From positions 62,001 to 126,000 of the forward strand of contig OZ251241.1 of assembly GCA_965240325.2 (NCBI GenBank): a DNA stretch of 64,000 nucleotides, given 5' to 3'. Below the pieces are notes generated by a model that was not told the DNA's origin, searched no databases, and saw only the letters and a program-made list of their open reading frames with translations. Source of the DNA: Rebecca billardiae RCC1528. Taxonomy: Eukaryota > Protista > Haptophyta. Each line of letters opens with the position of its first letter. Within the stretch, counting starts at the first letter, position 1. A program made the translations under genes and the position numbers. Shown here piece after piece: positions 44,711 to 58,479 of the stretch.

Positions 44711-45141
44711 CCGCGTGAGCAAGTCTCACACTCTCACTAGTCTGAGGCTGGCCGGTGACCGCGGGCGCGTCGGACCAGCCGCGTCGAGAGTCAGATCAGA
44801 CAGAGTGTTGCACCGTTCTGGCGAGCCGGGGCCGGGGGTCGGCCACTAACGACACTCTCCATGCCTCGGCGGGGCAAGCCAAGCCCGCATGACAGCCCGC
44901 ACGTGCCGGCCACGCCCGCCAAGTGGTGCCGGCACGGGCAAGTCCGCCATTCTTGTGAAGTCAGCCCGCGGCCCCGCGCCGGTTGCGCTCGCTCGGCTGG
45001 CGGCGCTCCGGGCGATCGCTGCTTTGAGCTGCGGATTTGCTCGCTTCCCGTCCTGGGTGTCGTCGCCAGCTGGCGAGCGGCTCCCCTTCGAGTGCTCGTG
45101 GTCGCGCGTGGCGCCGGTTGAGCGCGCAGCGGCTGCGCAGC

Positions 45142-47893
45142 ATGGAGGACGAGATCGACGATGACATGAAGGAGGCGGAGACGGACGAGCGCGACGCGTT
45201 CAATGACGACACCTTCGGCTCCTCGGCCGGCGCCGCCCCCGCCCTCGGCGCGCTCGCCGGCGGCCTGCTCCCGCGGCCGAGCGACGCGGGTGAGGCGGAG
45301 CGGATGCAGCAGTTCCTGCGCGAGCGCGCCGAGCTCGAGCGGCAGCGCGAGGTGGAGCGGCACGCGGCGGCGGCGCCGCACGCGTCCCTGCTCCGTGTCG
45401 CCGGCGTGCCCAGGCTCGGCGTCGACCAGATCCGCCTCCTCCTCTCGCACTTTGGCGAGATGCGCGCCTTCTCGTTGCAGCCGGACCCGAGTGGCAACAA
45501 CACCGACGTGGCGTTCGTGTCGTACGCGGACGCGGAGACGGAGGCGCTCGCGATCGAGCGGCTCGACGGGATGGTCCTCGGCGCGGGCCGCCTCTCCGTC
45601 TCCCACGGCGTGCCCGAGCGGGCCGCGCCGCCCGCGCTGTCGCCGCCGCCCGCGCCGCCCGCTGCGCGTGCGCAGCCGATGCCGGAGGGTGCGCTCGACG
45701 TCTCGACGCTCGAGTCGGCGCTGAGCAGCGTGGCCCTGCCACCCGGGTCGGGCATGCTGCCTGACGGCGTGCTCGACGTGAGCACGCTCGAGTCGTCCCT
45801 CAGCGGCGCGGCCATCGCGCCGCCACAGCAGCAGCCGCAGCAGCCGCCGCAGCAGCAGCCGCAGCAGCAGCAGCAGTGGCAGCAGCCGCAGCCGCAGCCG
45901 CAGCCGCAGCCGCCGCTGTCGGCGCCGCAGCGACCTCCGCCGCCGCAGGCGGACGGGCCGGCGCTCACGTACGCGGAGCGCGTGGCCGGCGGCCCGCTCG
46001 CCCCGCCCGGCCTGCCGCCCCCGCCGCAGCCCGCGGGACCCGAGCCGTCGCTCGCGCAGCAGCTGGGCGAGCGTGCGCGCGCGCTGCTGCTGCGGCTGCA
46101 GCAGATCGGGCTGGAGCGGCAGCGGCACGAGATGGAGGTGGCGCAGCTGCGCGTGCAGCTCTCGGCCGTGCAGGCGCAGCGCGCCAAGCCCGGCCAGCCC
46201 GGCTCGGAGCACGCGCGCCTCGGCCAGATCGAGTCCGCGCTCGTGAACCGCCTCAACTCTGCGAGCGCGTCGGGGCTGGCGCTGCACAGCGGCGCGCTGA
46301 GCGCGCAGAAGGAGCTCGCGGCGGTGCAGGGCGCGATGCGGCAGCAAGGGATGGCGCCGGCGCACGCCGCGCCGCCGCCGCCGCCCGGCGCCGCGCCGAC
46401 CCCGCAGGGCCCGCCGCCGCCCGCCCGCCCGCAGCTGCAGCCGGTGATCGGGCCTTACGGCCCCAACGGGCTGCCCTACTGGGCGGCCCTGCTGCCCAAC
46501 ATGCCGCCCCTGCCGCCGCACGTGCGCGTGGGCAAGCACATGACGCTCGCCGAGCTCGAGGTCGTCGTGCGGTGCGCGCGCGCGCGCCGCGTGCCGCGCG
46601 CCGCGCCGTCCCGCGCCTCACGCCGTGCCCCTTGCCCCCTCCCTCTGTGCCCGCTCTGCGCGCGTGCCCTGCGCGCGCAGGCAGCAGCACGCGCAGGTGG
46701 CGGTGTCTGATGTGCTGCAGGACGACTTCTACGCATTCATGAAGCACGCCAAGGCGCAGGGCGTGCAGCTGCGCGCGCCGAGCGCCGAGGCGCGCGCCGC
46801 CGCCGACGCGAAGGGCGCCGCCCCCGTCCCGGTCCCCTCGGCCGTGCTCGTGCACCTCGAGCGGCGCAAGCAGCAGCAGCAGCAGCACGGCGGCGGCGGC
46901 GGCGGCGGCGGCACGGGCCCTCAGGGCGGGCGGCTCGTCGACTTCTCGGCATCGCTCGGGCAGGGCGTGATGAAGGTGCACGCCGACCCCGGGCTCAAGC
47001 TGCGCACGCCGCGCCCGCTCATCTCCATCCCGCACGCCGCGCCCGAGTCCGGCGCTGCCGACGAGAAGGACGAGGAGGGCATGAGCGGGCGCGAGCGCTC
47101 GGCCGCCTCTGCACTCTCGTGGGCCGTGCGCGCGACTGTCGACCGCGCGCGCGGGCTGCTCGTCGAGATGGCGATCTCGCGCCTCACCGCGGCGAAGCGC
47201 TCGGGCGGCAAGGGCGGCGGCGGCAAGGCGGCCGTGGCCGCGGAGCCCGGCGCCGAGTACGCCGCGCAGCTCGCGCAGCTCACCGCGCTGCTCACCGCCG
47301 CCGTCGCGGCCGCGCCCGCAGCCGGCGCGGCCGCGACGCCCGCGGACGCGCTGCTGCTGGTCGTGGGCAGCGCCAAGGGGCGGCGCGTGGTGGCGGACGC
47401 GCTCGCGCACTGCGCCGTGCGCGGCGGGCGCGGCGCGAACGCCACCGCCATCGCCGCCGCCGCGGACGAGCTCACGGGCCGCGCGGCGCTCGCGCTCGCG
47501 CGCGTGCTCCCGCAGTACGTCGCAGACAGGCGCGCGCCCACGGGCAAGGCGGCGCGGCGCGCGGCGGCGGCGCACGCGGCGGCGGAGCAGGCCAAGGCGG
47601 CGCAGTGGACGGAGCTGGGCGCGGCGCTGCAGGCGGCCATCATGGCGGCGCGCGCGCCGGCGGCGCCGGCCGCGGCGGCGCCTCTGGCCGAGGCCGCGGC
47701 CGCGCTCGCGGCCGTGCCCGAGGCCGTGCTCGCGGAGGCGGCAGGGCACACCGAGCTCAACGGCGCGCTCGCAGCGCTGGCGCGCGCGGGGCAGGAGGGC
47801 CCGGCGCTGGATGCGGAGACGGCCGCTCGGCTGGAGAGCGTGCTGCAGCTCATGGTCACCGCGCTCGCAGGCGCGCCGTCGGACGAGGCCTGA
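45142..47893 (+). CDS. PAT1: PAT1-like decapping activator with an inserted RRM
   Basis: N-terminal DAFNDDTFG; Mid-like HMTLAELEVVVR|QQHAQ..DDFYAF; FSASLG..RTPRPLI; RRM LLRVAGVP..HFGEM..AFVSYAD..AIERLDGMVLGAGRLSV. Intron 46572..46680. Confidence 0.75.
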
Positions 47894-48494
47894 GGCGCCG
47901 GGACACGGGACCAGAGCAGCGGCAGGGTGGGCACGCCGCCGCTGACAGCCTTCCGTTCACGTTGGCTACTCATCCTGCCTCAGCGCCGCGCGCCGAGACG
48001 GCGGAGCCACGCGGCACGCCCGCGCGCGCAGCCGGTAGAAGTATAAGAGACGAACGATATGACTAGTCGTCGTGACCAAGTCGTGTTCGTAAGTAACAGC
48101 ATGCATGATGCGCATATCATAGCAGCAGTAGTCATATACTGCGCACCGATTACCCGGCGCCCAGCGGATTACCGTACCGCCGGAAGCCTCGACCTCGTCA
48201 GGCCGCCTGACCCAGGTTATATTAGGAATTCATCCAGCTCCATCAAGTCCAAGCCTTCCAAGGCCCGTCCCCGAGCCCGGGCCCCGGCCTTGCAGTTGCA
48301 AGCAGCCCGGCACCAGCGCAGGCGGCGTGGCCGGCTTGCAGCAGCGGTTGCGCTCGCCGCACAGGCCTGATGAGACCTCGGCATCCCCCTGTTGACGTCG
48401 TTCACTCTCGCCGCCGCCTCGGCCCTACGCAGCCGACGGGCGCGCCGCCCAGTGCGCGAGCAAGCACGCCGCTGCCCCCGCGCGCGCCGAGCGC

Positions 48495-50858
48495 TCAGTC
48501 GACCTTCACGGCCGAGTAGATGGTCCACACGAACTGCCACGACGAGTAGAAGCCGACCGTGCCCGTGATCAGGAAGAAGACGACGGCCGCGATCCCCATG
48601 TACCCGAAGTAGATCATCGTGGTCACGGGGTTTGTGATCTCGAGCTGTGTGTAGAAGTACATGATCGAGTACGCGAAGAGGTACAGCCCCTGCGCGCGCG
48701 GACGGAGCGCCGCGCAGCGGGTCGCCGCGCGCGCGCGCCACGCGTCGGCACCGCGGTCGGCGCGCGGCCGCGCGCGCAGTGCGCCGAGCGCGCACCGAGG
48801 AGCCTGCGGTGAGGAAGGCGCGCCACCACCAGTGGTAGTCCTCGTTGCACAGCTGGAAGTAGCACAGCACGATCGAGATCTCGGAGCACGTGATCACGAG
48901 GATGAGCAGCACGATCATCAGGAAGCCGAACACGTAGTAGAAGCGCTGCAGCCTGCACGCGCGCGCGCCGACGAGGCCGGGGCTCGGCGCGGGCTCGGCG
49001 CGCGCGCACGGCGCGCGGCGCGCGCGCAGCGCGGGCGTGCGGCGGTGCGGCGCCCCTCGGCCGGCCGCTGCGCGCGCGGGTGTGCGCACCAGATGGACGT
49101 CATGATGAAGAAGAGCTCGATGAAGATCGCGCCGAACGGCAGGATCCCGCCCATCAGGATGTTGAACGCGCCCTGCATGTACCACGCCTGCGCCGGGATC
49201 TGGCGCGGGATCTCGTTGGTGCGCACCGGCGTGTCGCCCAGCTTGGCCTTGTACCCGAAGAAGGCGCCGAGGAAGACGAGTGGCACGGAGATGCCGAACC
49301 ACATGGCGAGCAGCGCGACCATCGTGCCGAAGGGCAGCGCGGCGGACGAGCCCTTCCCCCACATGAAGAAGTTGAGGCAGAAGATGAGCGCGAAGACCAC
49401 GCCTGGATAGAAGAGCGCGGTCGCCAGCGTGCACTTCTGCCACTCCGAGCCCTTGAGGCACTTGTACAGGTACGCCGAGTGGTACCCCGCGGGGATGCCC
49501 ATCAGCACGTACAGCAGCACGGTGGCCGTGAGCAGCCCGCCGCGGTTCGCGGGCGAGAGGAAGCCGAGCATCGCGCACAGGATGCTGATGAACGCCATCA
49601 GGAAGAGCTGCACGCCCGTGCCCGCGGACGAGGCGAGCAGCAGCGGCATCGGCGGCGGGCGGAACACGTCGCCGTGCACCAGCTTCCACCCCGACTCCTC
49701 CTGCAGGTCCTCCTTGTCCGCCTCGTTGTACCTGCAAAGGGGCGGCGGCGGCGGGCGAGGCGCGGGGCGGGGGCGGGCCACGCACGGCGTGGGCCGCCGG
49801 CCGGCCGCCCACGGCGGCGCCCACGGCGGCGCGCGCGTGCGCGTGCGCGTGCGCGTGCGCAGCGTGCGCAGCGTGCGCAGCGTGCGCAGCGTGCGCAGCG
49901 TGCGCAGCGTGCGCAGCGTGCGCAGCGTGCCCCACCTGCTGAGGTCGCGCCGCAGCGTGCGCATCATGATCATCGCGACGATGCCGGTGAGCAGCAGCAC
50001 GATGGCGAGCGAGTTGATGATGGAGAACCAGTGCACCTGGTCGTCGCCCATGTACAGGTACAGGTCCCACCTGCTCGCCCACCGGATCTCCGAGTGCTCC
50101 CACTTGACGTCGTACGTGAAGAGCACCTCGCCGCCGCCCTCGACCGGCTGCGGCGCCAGGTCGGGCCCGACCGGCACGGTGGCCAGGCTGAGCTTGGTGA
50201 GGTCGGGCGTGAACTCGCCCTTGTACGAGTGCTTCACCGAGAGCGGCTCCACCTCAAACCCCACGATGCGCGAGCCCGTGAAGCTCTCGTCCTTGTGGAA
50301 CTTGATCACGAACCGCAGGTGGTTGTGGATGTACGCCACGTCCGCCTTCGCGCGCCCGTCGCCGCCGCCGCCCGCGCCCTTCGCCGCGGCGCCGACGAAG
50401 CCGAGGGCGTAGCCGCGGTCGTACATCGTCACCACCTCGCCGTTCGCCATCTCGCGGTACATCTTCGTCGCGGCCGGCAGGTTGTCCATGATGAAGTGCA
50501 CGCGGTACTCCTCGCGGATCTTGTCCGCAAACTTCTTCGCCTCGGCGTCGGAGAGGAGCTTGCGGCACAGCAGCTTGAACTGCGACTCGCCCATGCGGAT
50601 GTCGTACGCCGAGTTCTTGATCACCGAGCCGTGCAGCACCTCGCCCAGGTTCTCCGCCGCGTTGGTGACCTCGGTGGGCTGGCAGAAGGGCAGCGAGTAG
50701 TAGTCGTACGGCAGCTGCGTCTTGGTGGACGAGAGCTTGTTCACCTTGATGTCGACGCGATCGCCGTCCTCAAACTCCTTTGGCGCGACGCCTGGCAGGT
50801 AGAACCCGCGCGCGACGGGCAACAGCGCCGCGCACACCGCGAGAAGTCGCGGCGCCAT
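48495..50858 (-). CDS. TM9SF: Transmembrane 9 superfamily (nonaspanin/EMP70) protein, multi-exon
   Basis: FYLPGVAP; [12 protein letters not shown]; WASRWDLYL; [10 protein letters not shown]; [15 protein letters not shown]; [10 protein letters not shown]; C-terminal KVD. Confidence 0.97.
49855..49930. repeat. Intronic 9-bp tandem repeat (GCAGCGTGC), about 8 copies
   Basis: Directly visible next to the TM9SF donor site. Confidence 0.85.
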
Positions 50859-51028
50859 CGGCCCGTTGGAAGAGCGGCGCCGCCACCGTGGCCAAAGCAA
50901 GTCTCGTCGCGGCCTTTTCTTGGACGGCGTCTTTTCGACTTTCTTCCGCTGCAGTCGTTTTTCCGCGCAGAGCGTTCGGCCGGGCGGACGGCCCCGCACG
51001 CGTCTTCTGCGCTGCGCACACTGGCAGC

Positions 51029-52007
51029 ATGGCGGCGCTCTCGCGAATATTCACCGCGCGCGCGACGGCTCGGACGGCCTGGCGGCCGGCCGCGCACGCG
51101 ACTGGCGCCCCCACGCGGCGATGGTTGACAGCACGCGCCGAGTCCGGCGGCTCGGGTGGCGAAGGGCGCAAGTGGGACAACGAGACGGTGGGCGCGGCGA
51201 TGGGCGGCGTCGCGATCGTCGCGCTCGGCATGTCGTATGCGGCCGTGCCGCTGTACCGCATGTTCTGCCAGGCGACGGGGTACGGCGGCACGGTGAAGGA
51301 CGGCGGGCCGAACGAGCGCGGTGGCCGCGTCGGCGCGCGCTACGGCCACCTGCCGGAGGACCCGAGCCAGCTCGCGCGCAACCGGCCGATCAAGGTGACC
51401 TTCAACACAGACATGGCCGCCAACCTGCCGTGGAAGTTCAAGCCCGCGCAGAGCCACGTCACGCTGCTCGCGGGCGAGACGAGCCTGTGCTTCTTCCGCG
51501 TAACGAACAACTCGGACGAGCCCATCGTGGGCGTCGCCACGTACAACATCACCCCCATGCGCGCCGGGCAGTACTTCAACAAGGTGCGCGCGCGCTCCGC
51601 ACGGCGTGCGCACACACGCGCGCGCGCTGATCCGCCGCCGAGCGCGCGCGGCTCCGCCCTCGCACGCGCACGCCTGCCTGCAGGTCCAGTGCTTCTGCTT
51701 CGACCAGCAGCGCCTGCTGCCGCACGAGACCGTCGACATGCCCGTCTTCTTCTACATCGACCCCGAGTTCCTCGAGGACCCGAACATGGCGGGCATCCGC
51801 ACGCTCACGCTCTCGTACACCTTCTTCCGCGCGGACCGCGAGCAGAAGGCGCTGCCGGAGTACCTGCAGGGGATGGAGCCCGGCGCGAAGCTGCATGGGG
51901 GCACGGCGGCGGCGCCAGCCGGCCCCGCTGCTGTCGCCAGCGCCGCCGCCAGCGGTGGGGCCGTGGCGGTGGCACCTGCCGCCCAATCGTCGGCCGCGGC
52001 ATCGTGA
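51029..52007 (+). CDS. COX11: Cytochrome c oxidase copper chaperone COX11
   Basis: SYAAVPLYRMFCQATGYGG; YFNK|VQCFCF; VDMPVFFYIDP; TLSYTFF; one intron at about 51584..51683. Confidence 0.96.
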
Positions 52008-52530
52008 ATTGTCCGCGGTCCGACACCGTTGATTACCCGCGGTCCGTGCGCGTCATCATAGTATAGTGGCGGCGTACTCATATATACGACAGTGCATGCA
52101 TACGACGACGACTACGACTGTATATACGCCACATACGGCATCCATCGGCGCGCTGATGCGTGCGCAGTCGTCATATGCTGCTGTGATATATATATGGCGC
52201 GTCTGACTCTGCTCCCCGCGCGGGCCCCGGGCCCGGGCGCCGCCGGCGGCGCGGCGGGGATCAGCCGCCGACGCCGCGCGCGCGGACTCTCGGGCCGACG
52301 AATGGCCGCGGGCGATGCCAGTACGTACGACGGACCCGCCCGACCCGGGCCGGCGGCGACACCGACACGGTGAACCGGCACATCCGATCACCGTCGGCTG
52401 AGTCGTCGCTCATCGCTGCGTGGTCTGACTTGACTGATGCTGCCGCCGATCGTCCACAACGTCAGCGCCGCCGGACGTCATCTGCTTGGCGAGACGATGG
52501 CGATGCTGACGATGACCCCGCGACGAGGAC

Positions 52531-55500
52531 TCAGCGGAGCTCGCGCGTGAGCGGCAGGGAGCGCGCTGCCGCCGCGGCCGACGGCGAGCCCAGCAGCGCC
52601 ACGTGCGTGTGATGCTGCTGCGCCGTGGCGTGCGGTGAGGCCGAGAGCGCGCCCGCGCCCCGATCCGCCGAGTGTGGCCCGGGCACGCCGGCTGCGCGCC
52701 CACCGCCGGCAGGGCCGAGCAGCGCGCTCGCCGACGTCGTGCGCGCGAGGGCGCCACTCGCCGAGACGGGCCTCGAGCGCGCGCCCGGCCCCGGCCACGC
52801 ACCTCGGGCGCCAGCAGCCGCGCCGCCCGACGCCCGCCAGCCGCTGCCGTTGGCGCCCGCGGCGGCGGCGGCGGCGGCGTGCGCGTGCGCGGAGGCGACC
52901 CAGCCCGAGGTGTCGGCGCGCGCGCGCCCGCCGATGGCCGTCGCCGTGCTCAGGCTGTTGCTGCGCGCCCGCACCGACGCGGGCGGGGCGGCAGCGCTCT
53001 GCTGCGCGAACGCGCCGCCGGCCTCGGGCTCCCGCACCCACGGGGCGGCGCCGCGCGGCTGCGCGGTGGGCGGGCGGGCGGGGCGGGCGGCGCCGGCGCC
53101 GCCCCGAGCGGCCGCGCGCGAGGCGGCGGTGGCGGCGCCGGCGGTGGCGGGGCGCGGCGGCGCGTGCGCCCCGTCCGAGTGCTGCGCCTGCTGGCGGCCA
53201 TGGCCGGGGCCGGGGCCCGCGCCGCCCGCCGTGTTGGACGCGCCCGCGCCCGCGCCCGCCGGCGGCGTCTTGTGCGGCCGCAGCGCCAGCGAGGGCGGCG
53301 CGCCCTGCGACGGGTCGCCCAGCAGCGCGGCTGCACGCACGGCCGGCGCCTCGCCCCACGCCGAGCGGGTGGGCTCATGCGCCGCCACCGACGAGGGCCA
53401 GAGCGCGCCCGAGCTGCACCCGCCCGCACCCGCACCCGCACCCGCTGCCACGCTCGCACACGCGCCGACCAGCCCCGTGCCCTCGGCGCGCGCCGGGGCG
53501 GCGGCGGCTGCGGCGGCTGCGGCGGCGGCGGCGGAGGCCGCGCTTGGGCCGCCGCCCACGCTTGCTGCGCGCGTCGTGCGCGCCACGCGCGTGCCCGCCG
53601 CCGCGGTGCGCGCGGAGCTTGCAGCCGCCGCAACGGCCGCGCCCGCGCGCTCGGTGGCGCGGCTCAGCCCGGCGTCCGAGGCCACGGCGCCCGGCCGAGC
53701 CGCGAGCCGCGGAGGGCACGCGCCGATGGCCGCGGCCGCAGCGACGACCGCCGCGCGCGGCTGCTGCTGCGGGGTCTCGGGCTCGGCCGAGCCCGCGCGC
53801 GCCTCGCGAGCCGGGGCGGCGCTGCCGGGCGGGGCGGACACCGGCGGGGTCGGCTTGGTGTGCGCGGCCTCGCCGGCTGCCGCCGACGCCTGGCGTGGCG
53901 GCGGGGCATCTGCCGCCGCCGCCGCCGTGTCGGGCTCGGGCGCCGCTGCGGCTGGCGCCGCCGCGTCGGCGTCGGCTGCCGCGGCCGCGGCTCCGCCCAC
54001 GTCTGCGCGCGCCGAGGGCGGTGCGGGCGCGCTGCCGAGAGCACAGGCGGCCGTGGGCGGCACCGCTGGAGGCACCGCGCTGGCTGCCGCCGCCGCCTCT
54101 GCGTCTGCCTCTGCGTCTGCCTCCGCCTCCGCAGCCGCCGCCGCCGCCTGCGCGGCCGCCTGCGCCTCCGCCTCTTCGCCCTTCGCCCGCCTTCGCTCCA
54201 GCAGCGGGCTCGGGCTCTCCACCGGGGCAGCCTGCACCGGGGCCGTGCGCGCCCGTGCGTGCTCAGCCGGCGCGGCAGGGCCGCTGCTGCGTGCGCCCTC
54301 CGCTGAGGCGGCCCCGCCCTCCGCCCCGCTCTCCGCCCCACCTGCCTCCACACCACCGCCCGCCTCCTCCGCCTCCGCCGCCGCCGCCTCCTCCTCCTCC
54401 GGCTCAGACAGCTCCACCGCCGCATCCGCGCCGCCCGCCGCGTCGCCCTCCGCCGCCGCCCACGCGTCGCCCGCCGCGCCGCCGCCCGTCCCGTCAGCCG
54501 CAGCGCGGGGCACGCGCGCGTGCACGCGCTGCCTCCGCTTGCGCGCACCCGACGCGGCGCGCGCGCGCCACGCGTGCGCGGCAGCGCCAACGCCGCCACC
54601 TGCCTCCTCCTCCGCGCCGCGCGCCGCCGCGAGCGCGGCCGCGCTCGCGGCGCGCGCGCGCGCCGCCGTGGCCGCCGCCGCGTCTGCGCTGCCGCGGCGC
54701 GCGGCGGCGGCCGTGCGCGGCCGGTGCGGCGGCGCGTCGTGCGCGCCGCCGGGCGGGTGCGTCGGCGCGCGCTGCTGCGCCGTCGCCGGCCGCGCGCGCG
54801 CGGCGCCCATTGTCTTGGCGCGCGCGAGCGGCCGCGGCGCGGGCGGCGCGGGCGGCGGCGCGGCCGCGCCGCCCGCGCCGCCCTCGCTGTGCGCGCGCGC
54901 CACCGCCGGCTGCGCGCGCTCCGAGGGCGGCGCGCCAAACGAGGCCGCGGCCGCCCTCGCCACCACCTTGAAGGGCGAGCGGTGGATGTGCTCGCCCGCG
55001 CACGTGACGGCCAGCACGTACTCGCCCGCGCTGCCCGCGAGCGTGTAGCTGCGCAGCACCGCCCGAGCGCGCGGCGCGCGGCGCGGCGGCGCGGGCGTGC
55101 GTGAGGGCGTCGCAGCGCGCGCGCGCCGTGCGCGCAGTGTGCACATGCACACGCACCCACGCGGCGCACACGCGCACACACACGCGCACACGCGCACACG
55201 CACCGGACGGTGTACCGGCCGCCCCCCTCCGCCGTCACCGTGCCGTCCACCGTGCCCGGCCCCGCCGAGAGCGTCAGCCTGAACGGCGCGTCCCGGACTG
55301 CCGAGCGCGGCAGCAGCTTCGAGTCGCGCGCTGCGCGCGCACGCGCACGCACGCGCGCCGCGGCGACAGCGCGCGCCGAGGGCGGCGGCGGGGCGTGAGC
55401 GCGGCGCCGGGCGCGGCGCGCGCGCCGAGGCGCGTGGTGGCGCGGCGCTGACGCGGTGCGCGTTGCGCGGTGCGCGCACCGCTGATCACGAAGTGCGTCT

Positions 55501-58448
55501 GCACGCCCAGCGTGGCAGCGGACAGCCCCGGCCCCGCGGCCGAGCACAGCGGCGCCGCGAGCGCGCGCGGCCGTACGACCACGCTCACCGCCGTGCGGTG
55601 CTCGGCGCCGGCGCCGTCGGCGTCGGCGTCGGCGCCCTCGTCGGCGAGCGCGCGCGACGCGGGTGCCGCCGACGCCGCGCCGCCCCACGCCATCGCCGCC
55701 GCCTCCGCCGCCGCCTCCGCCGCGACCTCCGCAGGCGAGAGTGCGGGCGCCCCCCTGTCCAGATAGGAGTGGTACCCGTCAGCGCACACGAGCAGCCGGT
55801 ACCGACCCTCGCGCGGCACGGCGGCGGTGGCGAGCCACAGCGGGGCGCGGCGCGGCGCGGCGGGGGGCGGCAGCGGCGCGGCGGGCGGCGGCGCCGCCGT
55901 GCTCGGCGGCGGCGCGCCATCGGCGCACGCCGCGCCGCCCTCCGCGCCCGCGTCCGCGCCCGCGTCCGCGTCCGCGTCCGCCTCGGCGCGCGCGCTCGCG
56001 CCGCGCGCGCCGCTCGCGCGCTGCGCGGGCGCGGCGAGGTCTGCGATGATGGAGGGCGCGCTCGCGCGGCGCGCGCCGCCGCCGCCGCCGCCGCCGTCCT
56101 GCGCCGCCGCGCCCGCCCCCGCCTCCGCGCCCGCCCCCGCCTCCGCGCCCGCCCCCGCCTCCGCGCCCTCGCGCTGCAGCGTGCTGCTCAGCACCGCCGT
56201 GTGCGAGAGCGTGTGCGTGAAGAGCACGGCGGTGGACGCGTGCAGCTGCAGCGGCGGCGCGGTCGCGAGCGCGAGCAGCGCCGGCTCGGGCGCGCCGAGG
56301 AGGCGGAGGGCGCACTCGACGGGCGGGCGGGCGTCGTCCGCGCTGCCGTCCTCGCGCAGAGGCTGCCACAGCAGCCGCAGCCCGGGCCGCAGCCCCGGCC
56401 CGCCCTCCCTGCCCGTGCCGTCGCCCCAGCACACGTTGCCGAACCGGTCTCGCGCGCGCGCCACCACCACGACGGTCTCGCCCGCGCGGCACGAGAGCAC
56501 GTGTGCGCCGTGGGAGCCACCCGACCCGCCGAGGGTGGCGCTGCCGCCGACGCCGACGCCGCCCGGCGGGTGCGCCGGCCGCGTGCCCGGCGGCTCCGCG
56601 CCCGGCGTGAGCGGCAGCAGCGCGCCGGTCTCGGCGGCGAGCGCGGCCGCCGCCTCGAGGCTGAGCGGCGGCGCGCCCTCCGCGCCGCCCTCGCCCTCGC
56701 CCTCCGCGTCCGCGCCACCCGCGCCGAGCGCGGCGGCGCGCGCGCTCGCGCCCGGCGGCGCGGCCGAGCCCGGCCGCGCGCCGCGCGCCGCGGCCGCGGC
56801 GGCGCCGACCTCCGCCGTCGACGGCCGCTCGCGCGCGGCGGCGGCGGCGGCGAACGCGGCCGCCGCCGAGATGCGCCGGCGCGCGGTCGCCGGCCGGCGC
56901 CAGGGAGCGCCCTTGTCGGCGCGCGCCGGGTGCGCTGCCGGCAGCAGCGCGGCGCGCGCGGGCACGCCGAACAGCTCGGTCCGCCTCGGCTCGGGGCGCG
57001 CGGGGCGCACCAGCACCGTCGCCGGCGAGTCGGGCAGTGGCTCCCCCGGCACGTCCCGCCCGAACACGGGCTGCCGCGGCGCGAGCAGCTCCGCGCTCAC
57101 CGAGTGCGCCCCCGCGGCCGTGAGCACCAGCCGTGCGAGGTAGGTGCCGTCGGCGTGGTCGGAGACGGTGGTGGCGGGCGCGGCGTCGAGCTGCGCGGCC
57201 GCGGCAGAGGGGTGGCGCGCAAGGGCCGCGCCGAGGCGCGCGCGCGCCAAGCGCCCCGGCGGCGCCGTCGCCGGGCGCGCGCGCGCGCCCGCGCGCCCCG
57301 CGTCGCCGCCGCCCGGCTCCGGCTGGGCGGCGGCGTCCGAGTGCTGCTGCGCGCCCCCGCCCGCGCCTCCGCCCGCTGCCGCGCGCCCGTCCGCGTGTGC
57401 GCACGGCCCCGCGTGTGCGCGCGGCGGCGGGGACGGCATCTGGTCCGCGAGGGGCGACGCCTCCTCCGAGTCCGAGTCCGAGCCCGGCGCCGAGTCCGGC
57501 TCGGCGCCCGCGCCCGCGCCCGCGCCGCGCGCGCTCCCGCCCGCGCCGCCGCCGCCCCTGCTCGGCCGCACGCGCACCCGGAACGCCTCGCCGCCGCTGC
57601 GGATGCGCTGGCCGGCGCCGTCGCGCGCGCTGATCAGCAGGCGGAGCGGCCGCCCGGCGACGCACGGCGAGAGCCCGAGCGCGCGCACCTCGCACATCGA
57701 CGCGACCGCGCGCGCGGCCACCTCGGGCGCGCCCCTCGGCCTCAGCCGCACGGCCGAGGGCGAGTGCAGCGCGTGCCGCCCCGCCAGCAGCAGCGACACC
57801 GCCACGTCGCCGCCCAGCTGCGCGTGCGCGTGCAGTGCGGTCGCGGCGAGCACGGCCGCGCCGAGGTCGCGCGGCTTGCGCCGGGCGGAGTCGAGGGCGC
57901 GCAGCGCCTTCAGGCGCGCCACCGCCGCCTCGGACGCGCCGCCGCCACCGCCGCCGCCGCCCGCGCCGCCCGAGCCCTCCGAGCCGCCGCCCCACGCCGC
58001 GCCCTCCTCCTCCGCGCCGCCGCCGCCGCCGCCGCCGCCGCCGTCGCCGTCCGCGCCGAGCGCGCACGGCACGATGAGCAGCAGCTCGCCGTGCAGCCCG
58101 GCGCGCACGGGCTGCAGCGTGGGCGGCGCGACGAGCAGCGCGCCGCCCGCCGTGCGCACGCGCACGTCCAACGCCGCGCCCGCGCCCAGCGCGCGCGCGC
58201 CGGGCGCGTAGCCGCCGAAGCTGCCAGGCAGCGCGCCGGGCGCGGGCGCGGGCGGCACGACGGCACCGCCGCGCGCCGTGCCCGCCGGCGTGCGCTCGGC
58301 GACGGGCCAGCCCGCGCCGTCGTCGCCGTCGAAGAGCGGGCACGCGTTGCCGTGCGCGTCGCGCAGCACGACGCGCCAGCGCAGCGCGCCGCCCGCCGGG
58401 TCGGCGACCGGCGCGCCCAGCGCCGGCGCGGGCGGCGCGGCCGCGGCC

Positions 58449-58479
<31 letters not shown>

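Noticed and set aside
32013-47893. PAN3 plus PAT1 as an mRNA-decay gene cluster
   Set aside because: They are separated by unrelated genes; chance proximity is sufficient
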